Shown: positions 11,988-23,585 of the stretch, one piece after another
Position numbering within the stretch: position 1 is the stretch's first letter
Layout of the letters: each line of letters opens with the position of its first letter
Source: Octopus vulgaris
Taxonomy: Eukaryota
Assembly: GCA_951406725.2 (NCBI GenBank)
Contig: OX597819.1
Coordinates: forward strand, 12,524,001-12,588,000
Direction of reading: 5' to 3'
Length of the DNA stretch: 64,000 nt
Notes under the pieces: model-generated
The model's input: the letters and a program-made list of their open reading frames with translations, nothing else
Database searches by the model: none
What the model was told of the DNA's origin: nothing
Translations under genes and position numbers: made by a program

Positions 11988-12446
11988 ATATGGTGAAAAT
12001 GTCTGAGATAAAATATCTTCAAAGACTTGTGTTGAAAACATTATGTATGTTTGTATGAGTTAAGATGAACGTTGTTGTGGCTGTGACTCATGAGAATGAA
12101 CAGTCGTGCTGCACCCGTATGTTGAGGCCTGTCAATGCTGTGTGTGTGTGATTGTCACTTGCTTAAACGAAATTCCTGCCTGGGTATAATAGAGTCAAAA
12201 CTTCATTTGACTCGGGTCAAAGAAAGAGCTTTGCTGCTGAGACTGGCGATGAAAAGGGAGAAAGTAACCACCAACCATTTTTTTACCTTAGGTTTGAAAC
12301 CAAGACCAAATTCTTGCAACAGTTCATGTGGTGGCATTAAACCAGACAACAGATTGTCTGGTCACATCAAGGTCTGTGAGGATTGCCACATACAAGCCTG
12401 TATTTGTACAGCAGTGTTATGTGCTTGGCTTCTGCTTTATTTTTCA

Positions 12447-12830
12447 CTAGCCGTATCGCCCGGCGTTGCTCGGGTTTGTAAGGGAAATAACTATATAAGC
12501 ATTTTTAGAGATGTAAAGTATAATAGCCATCTCAATATGGCTAACCACAAAGGGGGGTGTTACTGTAGCTTTTTACGTTCTGAGATTTAATAATACATTT
12601 TTAGAGAGTTACTTCCCTTATATATGCCAAAAATGCATTAAAAATGGGAAAAATTGATGGTAAATTATTTTTAAAATCGTAGACTCACGCTAATACCCAG
12701 AAGGGCTCGATATGAATCACGACTATAAAATACCCAGTTTTGGTTAAACTGCACTGCAAAATGTGGGAGTAGTTTGGAATCTAAATCGTAGGAGACAGAC
12801 AGCACACAACCTCACTTTTATATATAAAAA
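12447..12830 (-). mobile_element. Non-autonomous Helitron, inverted copy
   Basis: ctagccgtatcgcccggcgttgctcggg is the reverse complement of the hairpin plus CTAG end. Confidence 0.8.
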
Positions 12831-13260
12831 TTATGCTACTTTGTGAATACCTTTGAAACAAGTTCGGTTATTACATATATTACATTCATCATCATAGTTG
12901 TTTAACGTCTGCTTTCCATGCTGGCATGGGTTGAATGGTTTGGCTGAGAACTGGCAAGCCAGGAGGCTGCACCAGGCTCCAATCTGATCTGGCAAGGTTT
13001 CTACAGCTGGATGCCTTTCCTAATGCCAACCACTCTGAGAGTGTAGCGAATACTTTTATGTGCTACTAGCATAGGAGCCACTCAGGTGGCTTGCTCAAGG
13101 AAATAATGCACTGCTGGGAATTGAACTCACAGCCTTATGATTGTGATCTGAATGCCCTAACCACTGAACCAAGTGTGAGAAACTGTAGGAAACCAGTGTA
13201 AAAAAATCAACCTCGTTAATTGTCTCCCATTTTGATACTTTTTTTCCTGTTTTTTTGCAG

Positions 13261-13420
13261 GTGTGGAGCTGAAGCAAGCAGAATGAATGACCGTGGTGAA
13301 ACTGCCCATGATTTAGCCAAGAAGTGTGGCTACGATAAAATTACAACTCGGCTAATGTCCAGTCTTGGCCAAGCACAACTGGAGAAGCTTTTAAGTAACA
13401 AACCCTTACAAATAGATTAA
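13261..13420 (+). CDS. DZANK1: DZANK1-like last coding exon
   Basis: Strong polypyrimidine acceptor. Encodes (R)CGAEASRMNDRGETAHDLAKKCGYDKITTRLMSSLGQAQLEKLLSNKPLQID*, resembling the recalled DZANK1 C-terminus (GQTAYDLA...FGQ). Confidence 0.9.
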
Positions 13421-14647
13421 CCTTTTTGACCAAAGGAGCTTGGTGCATTTCATGATGGCACCAATACAAAAGCATATGAGGGATGCAGATATAAACACAC
13501 ATTTATATTCAGAGGCCCTCCATAAGCTATTTTGTTTGGCTTATGCTTACTTTCTTGTTTTGAGATTGCAGTTTTCTTTTCTCTTTTTCCGTTTTTTCAA
13601 TCTAATTCATAAAACTTTTATCTTTTATTGGTTTCAGTTACATGTTTTTATCAATTATATTTTAAGTCGGTATTTGTTTTACCTTACTGTTGAGGATAAA
13701 AAGCAAAGTAGACAGGCACGAAGGCACAGAACTCACACTTTTAGTGAAAGTACTTCATTTGCTGTTATACACCAGTTGGTATATATTTAATGGCCTTCTG
13801 CCAGTTTCTATCAACCAAATTTAACTTGCAAAGCTTTGGTGAATCTGACAGTTGTTGAAGAAACTTGCCCAAGGTACTACACAATAGCATTAAACTCAGA
13901 AATATTTTATTGTAAATTGAACACAGCCATATATTAATGCTCATTAATAACTTAACTTTAAATCTTTTCACTTGTAAAATTTCAGATTTCTTTTTTTTAA
14001 TTCCTCACATGTATGGTATATGTGACCACATTCTCAACAAGTAACATATTTAGTATGAATACAAATATTTTTTATCTAAAACTGTATTCTGTGTCACTTG
14101 CTGCATTGTCATCTACTTTATATCTTCTTTGTCTTGTTCCTCCATCAGATGGAAGTTTAAAAGATTATTGAGCCAGCCGGCATTTATTTTTTTATTTATA
14201 CAACTGGCAAATCTACAGCTGAAAATTCTACTTTCAGTATAAACTAAAATATTAAGGAACTTTATTCCTCCAAAAAAAGTATTTCCCTACAAAAAAACAA
14301 TCAAAAATTTTCATGTAGTGTAATAATATCAAAGATGCTTAGTTTTGCTAAACTAAAATTGTTTTCTTTAGGAAAAATATCCTCACTGGTCACACGGTAA
14401 GAGATTAGTTACAAAATATGGATTTACTTGGTTGAACAGCAATTTCTTAAAGTCAGATATAAACAATACGGGAGAGGCCATATTTAAATAAAATTTTCCC
14501 CCAGATTTTATCGTGAATGATATTGCATAATTTCTGTTGGTCAACATTGATATATAATGGTATAAGTATTTTACTAAACCTCACCCAAATGTTGATTACT
14601 TTGAAAATTATTTTTGAATCCAGGCAATTTACTCATTAGGGATAAAA

Positions 14648-15150
14648 AATAATAATAATAATGAAATTATTGTATACAGTGCTCAGGTGCACCACAACTT
14701 GTCAGAAAGTGCATATAAAGTACATGCAGTAATGTAAAAATGTCTGGAAAGCGAACAATGTATGAGTCAGATACATGCCTGTGTGTGTATGGAGGGGAGA
14801 AAATCAGGTGTAGTGTTGGCGAATCTCAGAAAGCATGGAAGTTTTGAAGGATGCAGTGCTCCGACAACTAACAACTGATGCCGGAAGTTTGTTCCATGCT
14901 TCAGCAACTCTCAGCGTGAAAAAATGTTTCCTGAAGTCATGGGAGCTGTGCTGTTTTCTGACTTTGTAAATATGTCCACGGGTGTTAGATGGGTGGAGTT
15001 TGAAAAGGTGCTCAGAGTTATTGTTTGTACGATGGTTGATAATTTTATAGGTGTCTGCCAAGTCAGCTGCCAGACGTCGGAGTTTCAATGTGTCCATGCC
15101 CAGGGAAGTAAGGCGTTCAGGATATGGCAAATGCCTGATGTAGGGTATTC
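14648..15150 (-). mobile_element. CR1-clade LINE 3' fragment between the DZANK1 and MDH2 3' ends
   Basis: Peptide KRIPYIRHLPYPERL...RVAEAWNKLPASVV closely parallels the 23655 ORF end. Shorter fragments at about 4590-4740 and 42900-43085. Confidence 0.88.
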
Positions 15151-15402
15151 TTTTGAAATGGTTAAATAATTTCCACATGAAGATTAGCAGTACTTTAAGA
15201 TTAGAAATCATTCCAAACCAATATTCAGATTAAGTTTGGCTAATAACTCCTAGAAGTACAGTGATCATGATGACCATTAATAGTTAATGGCAAAATAGAT
15301 ATAATGAAAAGAGAAGCAATAACAACAGCTGTTGCTAAAGTTAAAGAAAAGTTCCACAGGGGAAAAAAACAATATCAACAAACTAATTTAACAAATCATT
15401 AA

Positions 15403-15408
15403 TTTATT
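15403..15408 (-). terminator. Candidate MDH2 polyadenylation signal AATAAA
   Basis: tttatt on + about 710 nt past the MDH2 stop, followed on the minus strand by GT/T-rich sequence (tttgttaaattagtttgttgatattgttttttt). Confidence 0.45.
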
Positions 15409-16119
15409 CTGAGATGTTTTATGTTCAGTGCAGTTTTTCAGTTGACTTAATTTTAGTTTGTAGTCCATAATACAGCTCCTTTTAAACTGGACAAGCACAG
15501 GAAATACTGAAGAGATATAAAGACAGATTACTGCTACAGCGGCACCAATCTAGTTCAACTTTCCAAGTCATGGAAAAACATTGGCTGAACAATTTCGACA
15601 TATTTAGCAGTAGGAGAAGTTGAGAAGGCGCTGTCAAAGGGAAGGGAGAGGAGAGAAAGAAACACGCATTCACAATCCAATCCCTACTAGAGCTACACCT
15701 AAGTCTGATGCTGTACAAGGAAGAAGAAAATAATAATAATAATAGGTGTCAAAGAAGAGTCAGAAAGCTATAACACAAGTTAATGTTTTTTTTCCTTTTT
15801 TTTTGTTAAAGTTCTTTTTTTTTTCATCGTTATTTGAATGTCACAAACTTCGTTTCCCACCAGCTAATCGTGTTGAGTCTGTTGTTTGTTTTTTTCTCTC
15901 TCTCAGTCTGTTTAGTATTTCTGCCTCAAATGCTTTTCGTTTTACATTTGTGACGGTTGAGATATCACTTAGACAAAACTGATCACAGAGCAATGTGAGC
16001 TGAGATAAGAATTTTGAAAGAAAGGAAGAGAAAAAGAGAGACAGGGAAATGGCAGGTGATCTACAATGATGATGTGATGCTTTTCAGTTCTGTTTTGCTT
16101 CTAATGTGTCTGTAGAAAT

Positions 16120-16254
16120 TCAAGCCATCATTTTAGCGACAAAGTCTTCACCTTTCTGGATGTTTGTCTTCAATTCAGGCAGTGCAGCTTTGATGAGTTC
16201 AACTTCATATTCAATCAACTTACCAATTCCAAGATTTTTCTCAACTCCATTTAC
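16120..16254 (-). CDS. MDH2: MDH2 exon 8 (last coding exon)
   Basis: [44 protein letters not shown]. The spliced CDS totals 1035 nt, 344 aa. Confidence 0.96.
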   Translation of the reverse strand, partial: VNGVEKNLGIGKLIEYEVELIKAALPELKTNIQKGEDFVAKMMA

Positions 16255-17473
16255 CTGAAGTAAAAGCAAGCAATGTGTCGTTAGGGTTATTACAAGAATA
16301 CTTCAGACAGACTGTTAGAATAAATAAGAAAGGTTTGACTTTGGTCAACAGAATTCAGACAGGATCAGACTAAATTTGCTATCTGTGTATCATACTAAAA
16401 CATATATACATTGTTAGAAGGTACGATGCTGTAGTTTTTGGGTGAGAGAAAATTCTCTGCATAGACATGTTAAAACCACAATCTATACTGGAGCAAAGCA
16501 GATATCATTGCAGCACAGACCCACAAGAACAACACATGAGTTTTGCCCTTGTAGGGGCTTGTCACTTTTATGCACCCATTTGTCATCTGTTTAAGATGAA
16601 ATTCATGGTTCAATATACAGGAAACAAACAATAATGCATACACTGGTATTGCAGAAAGCTTGCTGGGTTATAAAAAAAAGTCTGTGAATGCAACTGAATC
16701 TATGAAGAGATTTCCTCTCAGACAAACAAGAACAGCAGTATTCCTTCTAATTTTATATATACATTTAGTATGTAAATGGCAAAGTAAAGTTATCTCCTGA
16801 GTACAGCAGAAAATCGGTTTTATTTGATATAACAAATCTTTAGAGGAATTGCCTTAATACAATTCTAAATATTTACTTCATATTTCCAAATAGAAACAGG
16901 AGCTGGATTAAACTGTACTGAGTGCAGTATGAGAAAATGAATCCTTTAATCATCATCATCATCGTTTAGCGTCCGTTTTCCATGCTAGCATGGGTTGGAC
17001 GGTTCAACTGGGGATCTGGGAAGCCAGAAGGCTGCACCAGGCTCCAGTCTGATCTGGCAGTGTTTCTAAGGCTGGATGCCCTTCCTAACGCCAACCACTC
17101 CATGAGTGTAGTGGGTGCTTTTTACGTGCCACCCGCACAGGTGCCAGACAGAGCTGGCAAACGGCCACGGATGGATGGTGCTTTTTATGTGCCACCGGCA
17201 CGGGGCCAGGCAAGGCTGGCAACGGCCACAAACGGATGGTGCTTTTTACGTGCCACCGATGTCATATTAATTATGACACAGATTTTATTAAATTATTTCA
17301 AAGGAAGAGAAATAATTGTAATGACAATTTGATATCTGTGCATTTAATATTTAAGTTTTATCAAAAGCATAACTGGTACGCCAGACCATTGATCCTTATC
17401 CACCATGCACAACAATAAAAGTTGCTCTCTAAACAAAACAGATTTAAACCTTTCCCAAGTGACTTTCTACTAT

Positions 17474-17700
17474 TTAACCCTTTAGTGTTCAGATTATTCT
17501 GTCAAATGTAATATTTGTTTATTTATATTGTTTGAATTAATCATGCATTATCTTGTAATTTAGAGATTTCAGTGATGCTATTTTTTAGTTTTAGAATGAC
17601 ATGGTAGGGCTGAGGTGAGAGGTGAGATCTGGTCAGTTTCAATATAAAACAGGTTAAATATTTTGGCCAGATATGGCCGGTTTGAATGCGAAAGGGTTAA
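17474..17700. mobile_element. Second TTAA MITE family
   Basis: ttaaccctttag...gaaagggttaa. A degraded copy lies at about 2751-2970. Confidence 0.75.
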
Positions 17701-18041
17701 ATTAAGATTTAAACCTTTCCCAAGTGACTTTCTACTATTTAAGAGGTCTCTGGTTATTTCCATGAACAGCAATTTAGCAGTTCCACAAATATCTTCATTC
17801 ATTATGCTAGGAAAGAAATCTGACAGTTTATGTAGAAGTCTAACTCTTTAGCATTTAAACTGGCCGTATCTGGTCAAAAGGTTCCGTTTGCTTTACGTCG
17901 AAACCAGCCAGATCAGACCCCTCACACCTACACAACAATGTCATTCTAAAAATAATCACATGAAAATCTCAAAGCTATATGATTAAAAGCAGGATTAATT
18001 TAAAGCTATGTGAATAAACAAACATTACATTTCACAGCATA

Positions 18042-18722
18042 ATCATCATCATTGTTTAATGTCCGTTTTCCATGCCAGCATGGTTTGGACGGTTTGACTG
18101 AGGTCTGGAGAGCCAGCGACTGCACCAAGTTCCAATCCAATCTGGCAATGTTTCTACAGCTGGATGCCCTTCCCAATGCCAATCACTCCAAGAGTGTAGT
18201 GGGTGATTTTTACATGCCACCGGCATAGGAGCTAGTCAGGTGGGCCTGGCATCAATCTCGTCCAGATAGTGCTTTTTATGTGCCACTGGTTTGGGAGCCA
18301 GTCAGGTGGGCCTGGCATCAATCTCGTCCAGATAGTGCTTTTTATGTGCCACTGGTTTGGGAGCCAGTCAGGTGGGCCTGGCATCAATCTCGTCCAGATA
18401 GTGCTTTTTATGTGCCACTGGTTTGGGAGCCAGTCAGGGGGTACTGGTATCAATCTCGTCCAGATAGTGCTTTTTATGTGCCACTGGTTTGGGAGCCAGT
18501 CAGGTGGGCCTGGCATCAGTCTCGTCCAGATAGTGCTTTTTATGTGCCACTGGTTTGGGAGCCAGTCAGGTGGGCCTGGCATCAATCATGTCCAGATAGT
18601 GCTTTTTATGTGCCACTGGTATGGCAGCCAGTCAGGGGGTACTGGCATCGGCCACGTTCGGGTGGTGCTTTTTTTAAGTGCCACCTACACGGGAGCCAGT
18701 CAGGGAGTCCTGGCATCAATCA
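18042..18722 (-). mobile_element. RTE-tailed ((GAT)n 3' end) non-autonomous element with about 7-8 internal 63-bp tandem units, nested in a TTAA MITE
   Basis: catcatcattgtttaatgtccgttttccatgc end, tandem array about 18230-18720. MITE halves at 17841-18040 and about 18725-18746. Related copies about 12885-13090, 16950-17260, 19958-20333, 25166-25504, 26860-27147 and 61990-62527. Confidence 0.75.
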
Positions 18723-18813
18723 GTATTCTGAATGGTAAAGGGTTAAGTCAACTTCAGAGTTAGGATTAAAGATTTAGTTAAAGAATTTATTAAAGTTTGA
18801 CATATTTACTTAC

Positions 18814-18966
18814 TCCAAGAAGAATGGGGGTAGAGAAATATTTAGCTTCAGTTTCGTCAGATTTTACATATGCGCATTCAACAATGCCTTCAACTCCAGA
18901 AAGAGCCTCTAAAAGGGAAAAGGCAAAACGAGCCCCAGCGTAGGCCATTGACAATGTTGCAGATCC
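18814..18966 (-). CDS. MDH2: MDH2 exon 7
   Basis: [51 protein letters not shown], with canonical splice sites. Confidence 0.97.
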
Positions 18967-19667
18967 CTGTCAAAATAGAAACATAAAAAACGTCACAATT
19001 ACAGTAAGGGTCATTAAAACAAAACACATAAAAAAAAAACTGATTTGGTGAAGCAAGATTTTGTATTGCAAAGCATTCTTTCCAAATCTCATGATTCCGG
19101 GTTCAGTCCCATTGTGTGGCATCTTGGGCAGCTATCTTCTACTATAGCTTTAAGCCAACCAAAGCCTTGTGAGTAGATTTGGTAGATGGAAACTGAAAGA
19201 AGCCTGATGTATGCATTTATGTATTTGTGTGTGTGCCTTTTTCCCACCACCACTTGTCAACCAGTGTCAGTGTGTTTACACCCCTGTAACTTAGCAGTTT
19301 GGCAAAAAGAAACTGACAGAATAAGTGCCAGGCTTAAAAAAATTAAGTACTGGGGTCGATGCATTTGACTAAAAATTCTCCAAGGCATTGCCTCAGCATG
19401 GCCACAGCCTAAAGATCGAAGCAACACCTCTCACTTATTTTCATATTGTATCATTAGAATGTATTAAGAGGCATCTGGAAAATTTCATTGCTAATGCATT
19501 GGTTACTAGGCTAGGAGGTCATGGTAGGAAGTGCCATAAAGGGAGGTCAAAACTGGTTGCAAATGTGATTGTAAAGTTAACTTCACAAGTCTTCCTTGTG
19601 GCCGTCTGTAATGGATATAAGAAAAATACTTTTCTAGAGTTTAAAAGTGGAGATAAAAGATACATAC

Positions 19668-19739
19668 AGCTCCTGCTTTAGCTTCAACAACCTCGGTACC
19701 AGCATTCTGAATTCTGACACTTAGACGAACTCTTTCTTC
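19668..19739 (-). CDS. MDH2: MDH2 exon 6
   Basis: EERVRLSVRIQNAGTEVVEAKAGA. ctctctag acceptor, gtatgt donor. Confidence 0.95.
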
Positions 19740-20678
19740 CTAGAGAGAAATAGAAATGAATTTTTATCATTAGATTGTAAAGAAAAAAATTAAATAAAAT
19801 AAAAAAACCCAAGACCCATTTTATTATTGTTGTGATCAATGTAGTAGTAGCACATCTATGTCTAACACCAGTGAACAGGAGGTAAATATACAAATGTTTA
19901 AAAGTTTGAGATAGAAGGTTATGGTTTTTCAGACTGTTAATGTTATCTTTAGATATGATCATCATTTAACGTGTTTTTTTCATGCTAGTATGGCTTGGGC
20001 AGTTTGACAGAATCTGAAGACAGCATTGTACTCCACTATCTGCTTTGACATGGGTTCTATGGCTGGATGCCCTAACTAATGCCAACCACTTTACAGAGTG
20101 CACTAGGTTCTTTTCAAGTGGCACCGACACAGGTGCCACTTAACTATTTATATTTACAATAAGTTTCGACTAGTTTTCTACACTCACGGAGTGGTTGGCG
20201 TTAGGAAGGGCATCCAGCTGTAGAAACACCGCCAGATCTGACTGGCCTGGTACAGCCTTCTGGCTTCCCAGACCCCAGTTAAACCGTCCAACCCATGCTA
20301 GCATGGAAAGCGGACGTTAAACGATGATGATGATAGTTTTATCTGTGAGAGTCAACAGATAAGTTATTCCTGAATGTGTTATGTCACATTATAACGGTTA
20401 CATCAGCAATGAGTGGTTACAATTTAGCCAATGAAAAGCTTAGTGGATGCAGCAATGGATACTGTGTCATCTTTGATAGATTCTAAAAGGTAAAAACAAT
20501 TTTGTCACTTTGATCAAGAAAGAATTGGAAAAGTCAATTCTAATGCCATAACGGTGCACTACAGTCTATTCATCATCCAAATGTGGGGACACATTTCTTA
20601 ATCTGTACTGACATGATAAAAAAAAAAATAAGGGATTGAATCAACAGAGATATTTCATAGTAGGAAAGAAGTACTTAC

Positions 20679-20783
20679 AAGAGGGAAAGATACTGGAGGA
20701 GTACATTGTGAAATGAGAGGGATGATAGTAACACCTGAGTGACCACCAATGACTGGGACACTCACTTTAGATACATCCAAACC
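20679..20783 (-). CDS. MDH2: MDH2 exon 5
   Basis: [35 protein letters not shown], with the catalytic His in GGHSG. Confidence 0.97.
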
Positions 20784-20994
20784 CTGGAAACAAAAGTAGT
20801 AAAATTAAAGATTATAATAATGATTATCATTAATTAAGTTCATTTCAGAAATATTGTGTAAAATTTCAAGAGTTAAATAATCAACTTATTTCTATTGTTA
20901 ATCATAAAAGAGAAACATTAGGTTACTTTCATAATAAAATGTTTGTAATATTTATGAACAGAGATGAAATTTAAAAAACAGAAAAGATGAATAC

Positions 20995-21120
20995 CCTTGC
21001 TTCAGCAATAAATGTGTTTGCTCTAACAACATCTAAAGTGCTGACACCAAAGATTCTTTTGGGATCATATACTCCTCTCTTTTTGTAAATTTCTGAAGCA
21101 ATTGGGACAGTAGAATTTAC
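20995..21120 (-). CDS. MDH2: MDH2 exon 4
   Basis: [42 protein letters not shown], containing the catalytic LDxxR motif. Confidence 0.97.
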
Positions 21121-21893
21121 CTGCAAGGAAGTAAAATTTGGTTTTAGAAGCCACATTAAGTATCATTTATTACATCTTATCAGAAATTCATAACAGAAAA
21201 ATGCCCAAATCTCAATTTAAAGAGTTAACAAAGTAGGTTACCTGGTTCTTAGTGTTGAAGTGGTTTAGCTCTATAAACACTCAAAACTATTTTTTCCAAT
21301 AATTCTAAGAAATGTATAGATTTACAGAACTATTTAATCCATGCTAACATGGTGACAACACTAAAATAAATAAAAACATAAAGCCTTAAGGTTCTATATC
21401 ATAAACCAACAAAAAAATAATAAAACCCAGCTGAACTCAGACATCCAAAATTCTCCTGGATGAAAGGCAAAGAAAAGCTCTGAATCACAAACTTAAACAA
21501 CTCTATTATAAAACCTGCTGTTTTCAGTTTTTTTGTTGATTAACCCAAATAATATAAGATGTTAATATAATCATTAATAAGCAGGCAGAATAGTTAGCAT
21601 GTTCGGCAAAAATGCTTAGTAGCATTTTGGCTGTCTTTACATTCTGAGCTCAAATTCTGCCGAGGTTAACTTTGCCTTTTATCTGTTCAGGGTTCATAAA
21701 ATACATACCAGTTAAGTGCTGAGGTTGATGTAAATGATTTACCCCCCCGCCCCTGAAATTGCTGGCCTTGTGCCAAAATTTGAAACCAATACAATCACTA
21801 ATTTCAAACAGAAAACAGTTACAGGTCTCCACACAGTAGCCAGTGATTGCCTGTGGCACTTTTCTGTCTCAAACTGGTGTTTATAATATCTAA

Positions 21894-22008
21894 TATTTAA
21901 ATATAAGAGGAGAGACCACTAAGTGGATCCCTTGTATGCTAAAGATAGATGTCATTCTACTTTTAGCATACAAGAGATGCACTTAGTGGTCTTATTTATA
22001 TTTAAATA
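21894..22008. repeat. About 115-bp hairpin in MDH2 intron 3
   Basis: gaccactaagtg.atc.cttgtatgctaaa pairs with tttagcatacaag.gat.cacttagtggtc; outer tatttaaatataa pairs with ttatatttaaata. Confidence 0.85.
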
Positions 22009-22195
22009 CAATTGATGGTCCTCGGACGTTTTTTAAGTATGCTGACCACTGGTTGAAATTGATATTATTTAATAATATTAATTTCTACTCTTAATATCTA
22101 ATATTATTACTAGTTAATTCATTAAAAAGACATGTAAACAGAATGGAATCAATTGCAATTCTTAACCAGAAGTGTGGAAGAGAGTGACCACTTAC

Positions 22196-22305
22196 TGGGT
22201 TAGTCACTATGGCCAACATAGCTTTGGGGCAGAACTGGGCACAGGCATCAGCTAAATTGCCAACAATGGATGCATTTGTGTTGAAGAGATCATCTCGAGT
22301 CATCC
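22196..22305 (-). CDS. MDH2: MDH2 exon 3
   Basis: (G)[36 protein letters not shown], with canonical splice sites. Confidence 0.97.
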
Positions 22306-22377
22306 CTGGGGGAGAAAAAGAAAACGCAATCATGTAACATCGACCAACAAGAGATAACAATTTATTAAGTGGCTGAT

Positions 22378-22859
22378 TTAACCCTTTTGTTACCATATTT
22401 CTGTAGATATGCCCTGTGTTTCTTTCAATTAATTTTAAATATAACAAAGAATTTAGTAAAATAACTTAATTATCATTGAGCTAGTGTTAGGAGCATAAAT
22501 TGCGACTAAGGTTTGGTGGAAGATTTTAATTCAAAACTTATGAAAACAAGACATTTGTACTCAGAGCCAGAGGTGGTTTCAGCCAGGTTAGTATCAAAAG
22601 GGTTAAGAATTGTTTGTCTATTATATATTTTAACCCTTTTGTTACCATATTTATTTTGAGATGCTCTGTGTTTCTTTCAATTAATTTTAAATATAACAAA
22701 GAATTTAGTAAAATAACTTAGTAATCACTAAATTAGTGTTAGGAACATAAATTGTGACTAAGGTTTGGTGGAAGATTTTAATTCAAGACTTATGAAAACA
22801 AGACATTTGTACTACAGAGCCAAAGGTGGTTTCAGCTGGGTTGGTAACAAAAGGGTTAA
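22378..22859. mobile_element. Same MITE, tandem dimer in MDH2 intron 2
   Basis: Two units, spacer at 22607-22629. Confidence 0.85.
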
Positions 22860-23585
22860 AGGAGAAAACCATTAAAAAAACACACAAATTTATTCATGCA
22901 CGTTATATGTGCATTTTATCTCAGATTTTTAAATCTAAAAATGAGTGTACACATATGGGAACTAAATATATCTTTTTCCATGGCTATAATCAAGATGGCA
23001 TAAGATACACTTATTGTTCAAGCTAACTGGTAAGTAATACAGAACATAAATCACCATAATAACGTTTCAGTTTTCTATAATAGTAATAATACTTTTAATG
23101 TTCATTCCATTGCTGATCACGTAACTGATAGCCATTTGCTAATGCAATGAAACAATTCTGAAATAAATACATTGGCATGGGTTGGATGGTTTGACAGGAC
23201 CCAACAAGCCAGAGGACTGCATTCAGCTCTAATGTCTTGTTTCGGCATGGTTTCTATGGCTGGATGCCCTTCCTAATGCCAACCACTTTACAAAGAGTAC
23301 TGGGAGCTTTTCAGAGACACTGGCTCTAGTGGGGTTACCAAATTGATAACAAGACAAGTAAAAACCCTGTTGATCGAATGGCGGTAGAGTAGAGAGGGAC
23401 AGGAACTGGTGGTTTGATAGGAGATGTATGGCTACCCTACATTATATAAGGGTGGGAGGGAGTAGCTGAAAAGACACTGATAGTGGTGATGAGGCATCAG
23501 AGAACATGCTCAAGGCGCAAGAAGATAAGTATAAGAGATAATTAAATTATGAGTGTACACATTTTATGTTCTGTATTACTTATAA

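Noticed and set aside
12135-12590. 151-aa ORF
   Set aside because: No recognisable domain or splice structure, and the 3' third is antisense Helitron.
16084-16122. Stop-codon readthrough giving a peroxisomal MDH, as in mammalian MDH1
   Set aside because: The context is TGA ATT rather than TGA CTA, and the extension ISTDTLEAKQN* has no PTS1 signal.
18232-18763. Repeat-protein ORFs or a repeat-spacer array
   Set aside because: These are 63-bp tandem units inside a dispersed retroelement, open in several frames, and the apparent spacers are homologous to each other.
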